DNA of 62,972 nucleotides, filler included, from Trichosphaerium sp. ATCC 40318 (Eukaryota; Protista; Tubulinea), in the NCBI GenBank assembly GCA_038496445.1. It is 5 parts of 5 records of this genome, joined end to end, with 100 filler letters (N's around TTAATTAATTAA, not from the genome) between each part and the next. Parts side by side here need not be neighbours in the genome. Positions count along the whole stretch, not along the records: positions 36,658 to 58,989 come from JALMLS010000327.1; positions 59,090 to 60,982 come from JALMLS010000146.1; positions 61,083 to 62,972 come from JALMLS010000534.1; 2 more parts are not named here. The stretch is one strand, 5' to 3'. Positions 50,590-61,664 of this stretch are shown here, in pieces. Below the pieces are notes generated by a model that saw only the letters and a list, made by a program, of their open reading frames with translations, ran no database searches and was not told the origin of the DNA. Position numbers and translations under genes: made by a program. Positions within the stretch are counted from its first letter, which is position 1; the number at the start of each line of letters is the position of its first letter.

Positions 50590-51986
50590 AGTGTTAGTAA
50601 CACGTACATGGTTTGAGCTTGTCCTCAATTGTACTTTCAAGCATTGCTAAGATAAGTGCTTGAGTTGGTTGTTTTTTGGCTTCTAGCGCCCATATAACCT
50701 TTACAGTCGAAGAAAAGGTCTCAATGATATCATCAATGATTGTCCAGTGGTATGTAGTAAAGTCAGGGATGTTCTTTAAAAACTAAATGCATATCAGTGC
50801 TCTGAGCGTTTACTATAAAAAAAAGTACCTTTTTCTCCACTTCTTTCGTTAATACTTTTAACTCTTCTTGTACTGCTTTAAAGGAGGAGAGCATACTAAT
50901 TTTGGAGCTCCATCAAGTGACAACGTCACGTTTTACTTTTTTAGCTTTGTCACCACATACTTTAATCCATGCTAGATACATGTTGTTGGATGTATTTAAT
51001 CCAGTAATGAAGTGTCGAATGGGCACAAAAATAGAGTTTTCCAGATCCTCTAACACATGTGACATTGCATTGTTCAATTAATTGCTTTGAATGTTATTTT
51101 TTGTGTTAATTTAGTACGTACACATAAGTATACTTGATAGAAGCTACTTCACCACCATCTGTGACACCTGTGACAGGCATGACTTCATCACCCAACCACG
51201 ATTCACCTGAGCTATCAGCTTTGCCTTGACACTTGTGACCAATCTACCAATTGTTGTGGCTGTAATAAACATAAATTAAATAAATTAAGTAATGAACGCT
51301 ATGATGCACCTTTATGGTTACCTTCAACGTATGGTAACCCAATGAGAGCTCGTTTTGGTTTAAAATCATCTGTTAGCGAATGCAGTGTTATTGCACAATA
51401 ATAATCCTTTGTTTGACTACATTTCCAAAGATTGGCAGCAAATGTAGGGTATTTGGCTCTTTGTGTTTCTTTTTTTAAGTCACGCATTGTGCTCTTGTAC
51501 TTTTCGTCAATTATGCCTGTCATGGTATTTGGACAGGGTAATGTGTAGCCTGCAATCAGCTCCCTCATCAAGTCAACAAATTGAGGGTTTTGCACCAAGT
51601 TTAGTGGTAAGTTACCAACCACAATCAGCTTTGTCACGAGTTCATCAATGTGCTAAAAAAAGAAAGTAAATATAGGGAAGGAAGGAGTAAATGAGCATGT
51701 GCACCTTTTGTTTCTTTTTTGATACGGGTATAACACTTTTGTTACCAAAAAAGTCTTCCATTACTTGAGCTTGTTTAGTTTTTCCAAGCCATGGAAATTC
51801 GTCTTCTTTACTTTTGTATCCGTGATCTTTGCGCAAATGCTTGAGCTGGTTGGAAGTGGTGCCATGTTGAGGAGGAACAAATGTCTGACAAAACACACAT
51901 CTATTGTCTGTGTAGTACTTGTGAACGTTGGATCTTTGCTTGTAGTACCTTTTTTGGTGCTCGATGTTGCTTGCCTGAAGTTGCAT
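50590..51986 (-). pseudogene. hAT-family transposase remnant with BED zinc finger and introns
   Basis: CVFC..GTTSNQLKHLRKDH (BED); LPLNLVQNPQF..Y.LP; FAANLWK..YCAITLH (catalytic D replaced by N); RDVVT*WSS (degenerate TRWNS). Confidence 0.85.
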
Positions 51987-53470
51987 TTTGGTGTTCTAAA
52001 AATATTCAAATATTCAACAGAAAGATTCAAATTTGCTATTTTTGGTGTGTATTCAAATATTCAAATTCAAATATTCATAGTTTGAGAATGTTACTACACT
52101 CCATCAACTATTGCTATAAATTACACTGTGCAATACCACACATGGTGACTATCACTATGAAAGTGGGGATCGTCAATTAGCTCTTGAGGTATTTAAAAAT
52201 AGTGTTAGACAACACTTCAGTAATTTAAACGCTTGTCAAAGCTTGTGTAATTGCTAATTTTGGGAACTTGCTTTTTCTTTATTCTTTACACCACAAACTA
52301 ACTTTTTCAGCGTTTCTAGTGCAATGAACGTTGTTTAGGTACTTTGTATACACTTGTTCATATTTTGGTACCATAATCCTTGTTTTAGACTATAATGCTT
52401 CTATTGCTGTTTAAGCACTGTTTATAACTGTTGCTGGCTTGATTAATGTGTTTGTGGGCAATGAAGCTCAGTTGACGCTTTTTTAGTTAAGTCTTAAAAA
52501 ACGCCAAAAAACAAGTAAAAAAGTAAATAATTTATTCCACATGTAGAACGTAAACAATAGAGCCATTCATTCCAAAGGTACATTCACACAGAATAAAGCA
52601 TTGATATGAGAGGTGTGAACCCCTTAAAAAAATCGTTCCTAGTGGTAAAACATAACTACAGCAAGCTTTATGGACCTCTGATTCAATAAAGTACCAAGCA
52701 AGAGTGAATATTTTGACATTTTCATTTTAATATTATGTTCATCAACTTCTATGAAAAAGTAACCTCCGTGTTTTGATACCTAAATTATCAAATACTCTAT
52801 AACTGCATATAGGTACACAATGATTTATTGAACAACTGCCAGCAAAAGGAAAGATTTGAAAAGGTATCTGTGGGTTAGAATGATTGTTCAAAATAGTGAC
52901 CAATTTACGGCAATCAGGTCTAGAGACGGGTGATGATAGCTTTATGTGGAACACTGAAAGTGAAAAAAATTGCAAGAAACAACAGAATGTAATCCTTAAT
53001 CACTATGCTGTAAAAGAATTACCTGCAAAACATGGTGGTGTTAGAGGAGAAGAATGTGATCCCAGGCAGAAAAAACTCGGTTTTAGATTCAATGAAATAG
53101 TTGATTGAAGTACACTATCAATTACCAGCAAGTTCTGGTTTAACAAAATTGTAGACACAAATGTGTTCTGAAGCATACCCAAAATTTGGCCAAAAATAAC
53201 GTTTTTGAGGTGTGCTAGACTTTTTTTGAAAGTGTGAACTGCTTGCAAAAATCGTCCCTACTTTACATTACAGTATCTGTATGGGTATTGATGCAGTTGA
53301 CAACATGAAAACCAAAATAATCAAACAAAATGTTTTTTTGGCAACACAAGGATTTTGTTAAAAACACTGTAGTAATGTAGTTTCTATATGCGTGCAAACA
53401 AAAAGCAAGATAAAAAGTGTTTATTTTCAGTTGTAACAGAGGTTTGTGTCACAAAATGTTGACAATTTAG

Positions 53471-56400
53471 TTATTTTAATTGCTGGCTTAGTCTAGTATT
53501 GATTTCCGACAGTCTTCTGTGAACTTGTTTTAGTCTTTTGTTTTCTTCCAATAGCTTGTCATATGCGGTTGGTTGTTGTATTTGAGTCTCATTTGAATAG
53601 CTAGAGGCCCATAATTGCCTTTGCACAAAAGTAAGTAAGAAAGTGATTGATCGCACTTATTTTGTACCGCTTGTCACCAGTACTCTCTGATGTTGCAGAT
53701 GATTTCTTTGCTCTTTTCCTTTGTATTTGGGGCTCATTCGAATAGCTAGAGGCCCATAATTGTCTTTGCACAAAAGTAAGTAAGGAAAGTGATTGATCAC
53801 ACTTATTTTGTACCGATTGGAGACAAAGTTGTCACAATCATCAAAATCAGACAAGTCATCAGAACCAGATTCACCGATACCCCCTGATGCTGCAGGTGAT
53901 TGGATCTTGTTGGTTTTCTTGGACAGTTTCTTTACTCTTTTCCTGTTTTGGTTTTTTCGTTTAACTGCAATGATATAACGAGCAACAGTCTGTACATCTA
54001 AAATCACAACTTAGTCAACAAAGTACATCAATTGTAATCACTACCTTGAGCTACAACTAGCTCATCATACATTGCTTTATCTATTTTATCTTGCTCCAAC
54101 ACTTGTCCTTTGCTGTTTACCAATACATAGTGACTTTGATATCCAGCTTTAATTGGTTTACCAACAAGGTTATCTTCATCTTTAGGGTTTTCTGTAACCT
54201 ATCAATGCTTTGTAAGTAAACAAACCAGTAATGTGATTGGTTGCAGTTGTGTACAGGATATACATTCCCAGGCGTAACCAAACTAAGCACAAGTGTCTTC
54301 TTGTTGTCTTTACCAGATGTATCATATGAACAGGCATACTTAATGCTGCGCTATTTCAAAAAACAAGTCAGATTGGCAATGGTGACTTTTTAACCATACT
54401 GTAAAATAGATTCCTTGACCGTAGTATCCAGCATCCAACGAACTTAATACTCCAAATCCAGCCTTTACAATACTCCAAGCGGCTTTATGAGATGTTCCGT
54501 GAACCATTAATACAACTGGTAGCTGATTATTGGGTTAACAATGCACATGTATAAAATATACCTGATCAGAAACGTCATGGATACAGGCGCTGGATTTCGC
54601 TATGAGATTAAAAGCATGCTTTGCAACTCTTTTCTTGTGATCATTGTGGTCATCAGTTTTGTTCCATGTGTCTGGTAGGTCTCTAATTAAAACATTTCTG
54701 TTAAGAATTCACTTGTAGTAATAAAATAGTTCCTCAACGTATAAACGTACTGGTGTCTTTGCTTCAGCATGGTATTGTATGTGCCAAAGTTGTCGGTCAA
54801 TATATCATTGCAAACAAGATGAGCTTCTACAACATCATATTTATCATAGCCGTGCATCGTTGACATTTGTTGGTAAAGAAACTGTAGTTCTCTCTTGGCT
54901 ACAATATCATTTTTATTTGAATCAAGAAGATTCAGTGTTCTGAAGTGTGTTGCTTTTTTAATTGTACCCCTTTTTTGTTCACAAAAACAGTTAAACACGA
55001 GTTAATAAATACTTATGTTGCTACTCACTTGCTGTTAGATCTATCCCAGGTGTGGGCATAATGTAATCTTGGATTTAAGTCCCATGACGTCTCACTTTTT
55101 AACCCTTCAAGTTTTAGTGTGGTTGGACTAACAGTGCTTTTTTACCTGCTGTAGGGTTTTCAACTCTTTGATTTGGAGATATAGGATTAATAACGTGTTT
55201 GCAATCCTTGCATTCACATTTTTTGAAACTACCAATGTGCTTAGAGAGCTTCTACTCAAACTGTTAGCAAAAATAACTACAAAACAATTACGTGGTTTTG
55301 ATTATGTTGAGTTGCACAATAACTGCACAAATACAATCCATATTGAGAACACTCATAGCAAGCAAACGCTGTACAATGTTAATAAAAGAAATACCACTAA
55401 ACACATACTATCTTGCTTGGGTACTTTTTGAAGAGAATTTGTACACCATCCTTCTTTTATACACATTTCAATAACAGACCCAGTTTGTTTAGTATTACTC
55501 CACATATCATCTGGTAAGTCGGATAGAATTCCTTCCATCAGCTCTCCTTGCTGTAACCAAAAGCTCTAATGAACCAAAATAAGTTATTATATTACACATA
55601 CTTGTATTATGTGTTCATACCGAAGATTGTACAAATGTGCGATTATATGTACAAATCAAATGACAAATGCCTTTTTGCATTGCAAGTTTAAAATATGGAC
55701 GTGTTGGCTTTGTGTGATTAGTACTTAATAGTTGGTACAAAAGGAAGACATACCAAGTATTGCAACCATTTTGCAAGATTGAGTCGCCAGTGAGGTATCT
55801 CTTTCATATGAGCACATGATAACCATAGTTCACAACTTTGTTGATCATTTGGAAACAGTGTCAAAAGAGTTTCAAACACATTGATGAACGCAGGCTCATC
55901 AGCAACCACCTGTGTTAGTATTTTGATTAAAGCCTCTTTCCATTCAATTGAAATTAATAAAATGTCTATAGTTTGTTTCAACAATGTTTTCAAAACTGGG
56001 TTGTGCCCATTTTTTGCTAATATGAATTTAATGTCTTCAAATCAAGTTTATTTGTATAAATACCTGCACAAATTAAAGCAGTACTTCCATTGTCTCGTTT
56101 GGCTTCAATGTTGGCTCCTGATTCAAGTAATACTTTTATCACATTATTGTGTCCATTAAAGGCTACCAATTAAGAGTATATGTGAGTAACAGATGTTGTT
56201 ATGGTTAAACACAATCATACCTGCATCAATCAAAGCAGTACTTTCATCTTTTTCTTTGGCTTCAATATTGGCTCCTGATTCAAGTAATACTTTTATCACA
56301 TTATCGTGTCCATTATATGCTACCAATTAAAGAGTATGTGAGTAACAGATGTTGTTATGGTTAAGCACTATCATACCTGCATTAATCAAAGCAGTGATTC

Positions 56401-57969
56401 CATTTTTTTCTTTGGCTTCAATGTTGGCTCCTGATTCAAGTAATACTTTTATCACATTATCATGTCCATTATATGCTACCAATTAAAAAGTATGTGAGTA
56501 ACAGATGTTGTTATGGTTAAGCACTATCATACCTGCATCAATCAAAGCAGTATGTCCATTTTTTTCTTTGGCTTCAATGTTGGCTCCTGATTCAAGTAAT
56601 ACTTTTATCACATTATCATGTCCTTTATATGCTACCAATTAAAGAGTATGTGAGTAACAGATGTTGTTATGGTTAAGCACTATCATACCTGCGCCAATTA
56701 AAGCAGTGATTCCATTGTCTCGTTTGGCTTCAATGTTGGCTCCTGATTCAAGTAATACTTTTATCACATTATCGTGTCCATTATATGCTACCAATTAAAG
56801 AGTATGTGAGTAACAGATGTTGTTATGGTTAAGCACTATCATACCTGCATTAATCAAAGCAGTGCTTCCATTTTTTTCTTTGGCTTCAATGTTGGCTCCT
56901 GATTCAAGTAATACTTTTATCACATTATTGTGTCCATTATATGCTACCAATTAAAAAGTATGTGAGTAACAGATGTTGTTATTAAACACAATCATACCTG
57001 CATCAATCAAAGCAGTACTTCCATTTTTTTCTTTGGCTTCAATATTGGCTCCTGATTCAAGTAATACTTTTATCACATTATCATGTCCATTATATGCTAC
57101 CAATTAAAGAGTATGTGAGTAACAGATGCTGTTATAGTTAAACACTATCATACCTGCGCTAATTAAAGCAGTGATTCCATCTTTTTCTTTGGCTTCAATG
57201 TTGGCTCCTGATTCAAGTAATACTTTTATCACATTATCATGTCCTTGAATGGCTACCAATTAAAGAGTATGTGAGTAACAGATGTTGTTATGGTTAAGCA
57301 CTATCATACCTGCATTAATCAAAGCAGTGCTTCCATTTTTTTCTTTGGCTTCAATGTTGGCTCCTGATTCAAGTAATACTTTTATCACATTATCATGTCC
57401 ATTATATGCTACCAATTAAAGAGTATGTGAGTAACAGATGATGTTATATTTAAACACTATCATACCTGCACCAAGTAAAGCTGTATAGCCATTATTATTT
57501 TTTGCTTCAATGTTCAATCTTGATTGTATGCATAACATTACAATAACATGGAGATTGTTGCAAGCTACAAATTGGGTTGATACTTAAGTGTTGGTAAATA
57601 CAAACCTGAATAGAATAGAATGTCGTTTGCTATGTCAAGAGTATGTAGACTTTGTATCAGCACATCACCTAAAGGAAAAGTGTTTTTATTATAAGAGAAC
57701 GTGTTTAAACCAAAGGAGGTACATGTAGTAATATTGGGGTATTTGCATTGAAGCTGCGCCAATTCGGCTATTGAAGATTTTTAATAAACGGAGAGGTAGA
57801 TCAAAGATTCGTTTCTATTACCTTTTAATTCTGATTCTTCGATGCTATGTGGCTCTGCCATGAAGCGTTGTAACCAGTGTTGATTGTATGGTAAAATGGT
57901 TTTAAGTTTCGCCGACGGTTCATAGAATTGTTTGTGTTCCGGCTCGTGTACATTGTTTGCGTTCAACAT
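53471..57969 (-). CDS. Ankyrin-repeat array + UBR-box-like zinc finger + PARP-type ADP-ribosyltransferase (H-Y-E) + coiled coil; many exons, frame intact in manual splicing
   Basis: N-cap, 9 x A(YN)GHDNVIKVLLESGANIEAK(EKNGS)TALI(D)A, C-cap. Then CTN..Q..FACYECS..LCSYCATQHNQNH..CECKDC. Then LMVHGTS..IVKAGF..GYYGQGIYFTRSIKYACSY..PGNVY..YQSHY..MYDELVVAQDVQTVARYII. TAA at 53471-53473. Confidence 0.85.
56064..57564 (-). repeat. Tandem array of ~156-bp units, each a 99-nt ankyrin exon plus a ~57-nt intron
   Basis: Exons at 56064, 56221, 56377, 56533, 56689, 56845, 56998, 57154 and 57310, plus N-cap 57466. Introns read GTATGAT..TACTCAC..TTGGTAG. Confidence 0.95.
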
Positions 57970-58989
57970 ATCTCCCCGTTCATATACAAAGCCTTCTCCC
58001 ACACGTACGATGAGAAGATACGGAGATAATACATATGGCGCAATACAACGCGCAAACACAAAATACGGTTCGTTTGCTTAAAATTATGCGACGTTTGTAG
58101 TTTTTTGGCGTTTTCTTTGCCGTTCCCTTTTTAATACTACAACTACTGCCAAAAAACTGGCTGTACGTGGTTACGTTGCGTATAGTATATATAGAGGTTA
58201 AAGCAGTGGTTTACGACACCAAAAACTCAGTTACGTTCCTATTTCGTTCAGGATTAGTTCCTCGGTACAATAACGCGTGAAACATTAAGAGAAGGGGCAA
58301 ACGATAAAACTTGTTGACAGCACGTGAGGATAAATTTTTCAATTTAACACGTGGGTTTTCAGCCACAACTGTTTTTAGTCTCATTCCTTGCCAGCATCCC
58401 GAACGCAATCAGTACAGCTATGATCATGTACGCCCTAAAAGCTCCTTGTATGTACAGGAATAAAACCTAGAAATAGTTTTGAAATAATTTGGGCATTTGA
58501 AGAGCTGAGATGAACTCCAACTAGTTAGAATTTCCAGTGTGAGCTTCAACAACTCAAAGCGTTACAGAATATTTGCGGTTGCGTAACGCTTACTATTCTA
58601 TAGTTCTAAGATTGCAAATAATGGCTATGATTTTTAGTTTTTACCACTTTATTGCGTAGCTATGTATCTACAGCCAGCAGACAAAAGTATGAAAAGTTCC
58701 TTTATACCGCACAAGAACGCACTTAAAATCTTTCTTGAATAAATATCAACTCAAGGTGGAAACTTTGTTTACAATTGCTTGTTGCTGATAAGCCACTTAG
58801 TGTCATTTGCTCTTAAAGTGTTGCGGTCAAAACTGCAAGCGACAATTCTACTCACTCTCTCAAATTACAAAAAAAAGCATAACAAGCAACATTTGTATTA
58901 GTAAAGCTGCCGTGATTGAACAGTATCATTGCTATGAAATTATCTAAACATGACAAACTGATAAAGCCACTACAATCATGTATTGTGTA

Positions 58990-59089
58990 NNNNNNNNNNN
59001 NNNNNNNNNNNNNNNNNNNNNNNNNNNNNNNNNTTAATTAATTAANNNNNNNNNNNNNNNNNNNNNNNNNNNNNNNNNNNNNNNNNNNN
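58990..59089. other. Artificial contig spacer
   Basis: N-run, TTAATTAATTAA, N-run. Confidence 0.99.
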
Positions 59090-59564
59090 TTCGAATCTTC
59101 GGCATACCTTAAAAACAATATTAGTCAGTTGCTCATGGAGAGGGAACCCAAAAAGGGCAAGATGACAAAAGATAAAAGTGATCGTACATCATCAACCCTC
59201 TGTACTTCGACCGGTACTTTGTGGTAAGTACGGTTACTTCGATGATACTCCCAGGCACATACTCGATCTGTGGGCTATCCTGTGGGCCAACGAAAACCTT
59301 GTAGTCATCAGTCCGGACTGTCTTTGTCGCCCAACTCATGAGTGGTTCTGGTATAGTTTCACATATCAAGCGGTCTGGTACTTGCACTTTCACGCCATTT
59401 TGGGTTACTGTTTTGTTCTTCCAATCAGTCGGAGGGCATCCCCAGTCAGTAGCTGTAACGTTACAATGGAAGATAGTATCAGGACTAGCGCTTGAAGCGG
59501 AAAAGGAACTCGATACAAAGAAGACTAAAGTGATAGTAACAATGCAGTATAACGCTGCTGACAT
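59090..59564 (-). CDS. Secreted protein with Reeler-like domain, 3' truncated
   Basis: Signal peptide; EYVPGSIIEVTV..KYRGLMMY resembles Reeler Y.PG..I.V..FRGFLL. Confidence 0.5.
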
Positions 59565-60390
59565 GGCTCACTAGGGTAGAAATTTAGACTTAACTTTGGT
59601 GTGGCTAAGAACAAAAATAGCTCTGGCTTGTCAAAGCAAATACACGTGCGTAAAATTATTTAAAGGTATTTTAAGATTTAAATTACAAGCTTATTTACCT
59701 TCGTTTTGAACCTTTTGTGATGCAAGTGTTGTTATTAGCGTGGTATGTTTGAATAAAAGAAAAGAAGACACAAAAGAAGCACATCAAAAATGTGTTTCGG
59801 TAAGAACAGAGAATTTTGAGTTTGTACAGAGAATTCGTAGGTTGTTGATACGGAGGTTCATCTGCTCACTATTGTAGAAAGGAACAGCGTATGATTTGGG
59901 TTACATATGACGCGAGCCACTCCGAACAATTCGGATAAACCTTCCTACTAGCGTGTAACAACAATTTTACGCTATAGCTGCACGTTGCAATGCTCTACGG
60001 AAATAATACGCCACTTTTTATTTGATAAAATAACAAAACTTCGTGCGAATTGTCATCACGTGATAATTTACACATTTTTTGGATATTTTGCGTTGTTTTA
60101 GTAAAAGTTGTATTGTTTGAAAACGTGATATAAAGTACAAAATGTTTTTGTAGGCGCGCCTATGTGAATCCAAAAATATTATAGAAACAGCGTACATACG
60201 TGTATAGGCATCTATTCCCACCTGCTAAAAAGGAAATAACAAACCAATTTTTACCACAAGGAGAACACGGTTGTTTGGCTTTAGCATTGTTGTAAAATAT
60301 TAAAATGACATGGCTTAACTAGTACATTTTCTTGTTGGTTAAGCGCGTTGTTAACAGCTACAAGTTTTTAGCACAGAAATTGTTTGTCAG

Positions 60391-60982
60391 ATGACCACAT
60401 CATTTCCAAGCAAAGGTATACTTCCTAAGGAAGTTACTCAGGCTGCCAGCTTTATAAAAAAGTACCCTGAGGCTGACGGCCGTGGTGTTGTCGTCGGTAT
60501 TCTCGATACAGGCGTAGATCCAGCAGCACTTGGACTTCAGGTGCGTTAAAAAAAGTTTTGTGGTTATTTTCACCAAAAAAATGCTCTATTCGCTAAAGCA
60601 GTTAACTTAGACAACTTCTGATGGAAAAGTTAAAGTCATTGACCTCATTGACTGCACTGGAAGCGGTGATGTTGATACTAGCACCGTTAAAGAAGCCAAA
60701 GATGGTGTTATTGAAGGCCTAACGGGTCGTACGTTAAAGATCAGTGAAGAGTGGCAAAATCCTTCTGGTAAATACCACTTGGGCTTGAAATTCGCTTTCG
60801 AACTCTACCCAAGCGCTAGCTTGTCAAATCGCATCAAAGCAAAACGCAAGGAAAAATTTGACGCTTTCCACCGCGAGCTACAACACAATTCTCAACAGGC
60901 ACTCGCTTCTTTCGATGCTAAAACATCAGGCGTATCAAAACCCGAGTTAACAGCGCGATTGGAGCAATTGAAAGCTCTTGGA
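60391..60982 (+). CDS. TPP2: Tripeptidyl peptidase II, 3' truncated
   Basis: [36 protein letters not shown]|[23 protein letters not shown]; one intron. Confidence 0.93.
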
Positions 60983-61082
60983 NNNNNNNNNNNNNNNNNN
61001 NNNNNNNNNNNNNNNNNNNNNNNNNNTTAATTAATTAANNNNNNNNNNNNNNNNNNNNNNNNNNNNNNNNNNNNNNNNNNNN
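60983..61082. other. Artificial contig spacer
   Basis: N-run, TTAATTAATTAA, N-run. Confidence 0.99.
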
Positions 61083-61359
61083 TTTTCTAGGTAGTCCACT
61101 ACATCAAAAACATATGAAGGGACACGGCTATCAAGCGGCGGGGGTACCTGACGCTTTCTCCAGTTATGTTTGTGTCTCCAATGACGCCATTTTTTCTGAT
61201 GATGTACCTCCGGTTTATACTCCCGAACCCCATGAGCTCCTTGGTGAAAGTCAAAGCAAAAGCTTGCATATCCTTTTCAAAACAATACGAAGCAAACATA
61301 ATACCAAGTAAAATAAGGCTATACGCTCTGATAGCAAGAATTTTTTGCTTTCTCATATA
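61083..61359 (-). CDS. Partial hypothetical bacterial protein, possibly frameshifted
   Basis: Signal-like N-terminus MRKQKILAIRAYSLILLGIMFA. A second frame is open to the contig edge. Confidence 0.3.
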
Positions 61360-61651
61360 TACCCTTAGATTGGTGACGTTCGTCACTTTTTAAGATAGTT
61401 ATTATCAATGGTTCTCTATTACTAGTATAGTTAATCATATATCTGTTTAAAATTCAATAAAATTATTTCAAAAATAAAATTATAAGCAAAGGGTAGAATA
61501 AACAGAAAGCAATTTCAATCAACTTTGGACGCATTGACATTACAGCATATTGGTGCCACAATACACCATAGAGAATGGGGCATGCAAGCTTTTATCAGCT
61601 TGTACAAAGAGGCATTTTTTAGCGAATATACTGTATACCCTCTTAAGTAAA

Positions 61652-61657
61652 AAGGAG
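61652..61657 (+). promoter_or_regulatory. Shine-Dalgarno sequence
   Basis: AAGGAG 7 nt upstream of ATG 61665. Confidence 0.75.
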
Positions 61658-61664
61658 AAGAAGT

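Noticed and set aside
52742-53248. Short ORFs between the hAT remnant and the PARP gene
   Set aside because: No recognisable domain; probably decayed sequence.
56064-57564. CRISPR array or non-coding satellite
   Set aside because: Units have no unique spacers and resolve into 99-nt ankyrin exons plus GT-AG introns.
61520-61560. Pho box upstream of pstS
   Set aside because: Only a weak half-site (TTGACAT) and no convincing 11-bp direct repeat.
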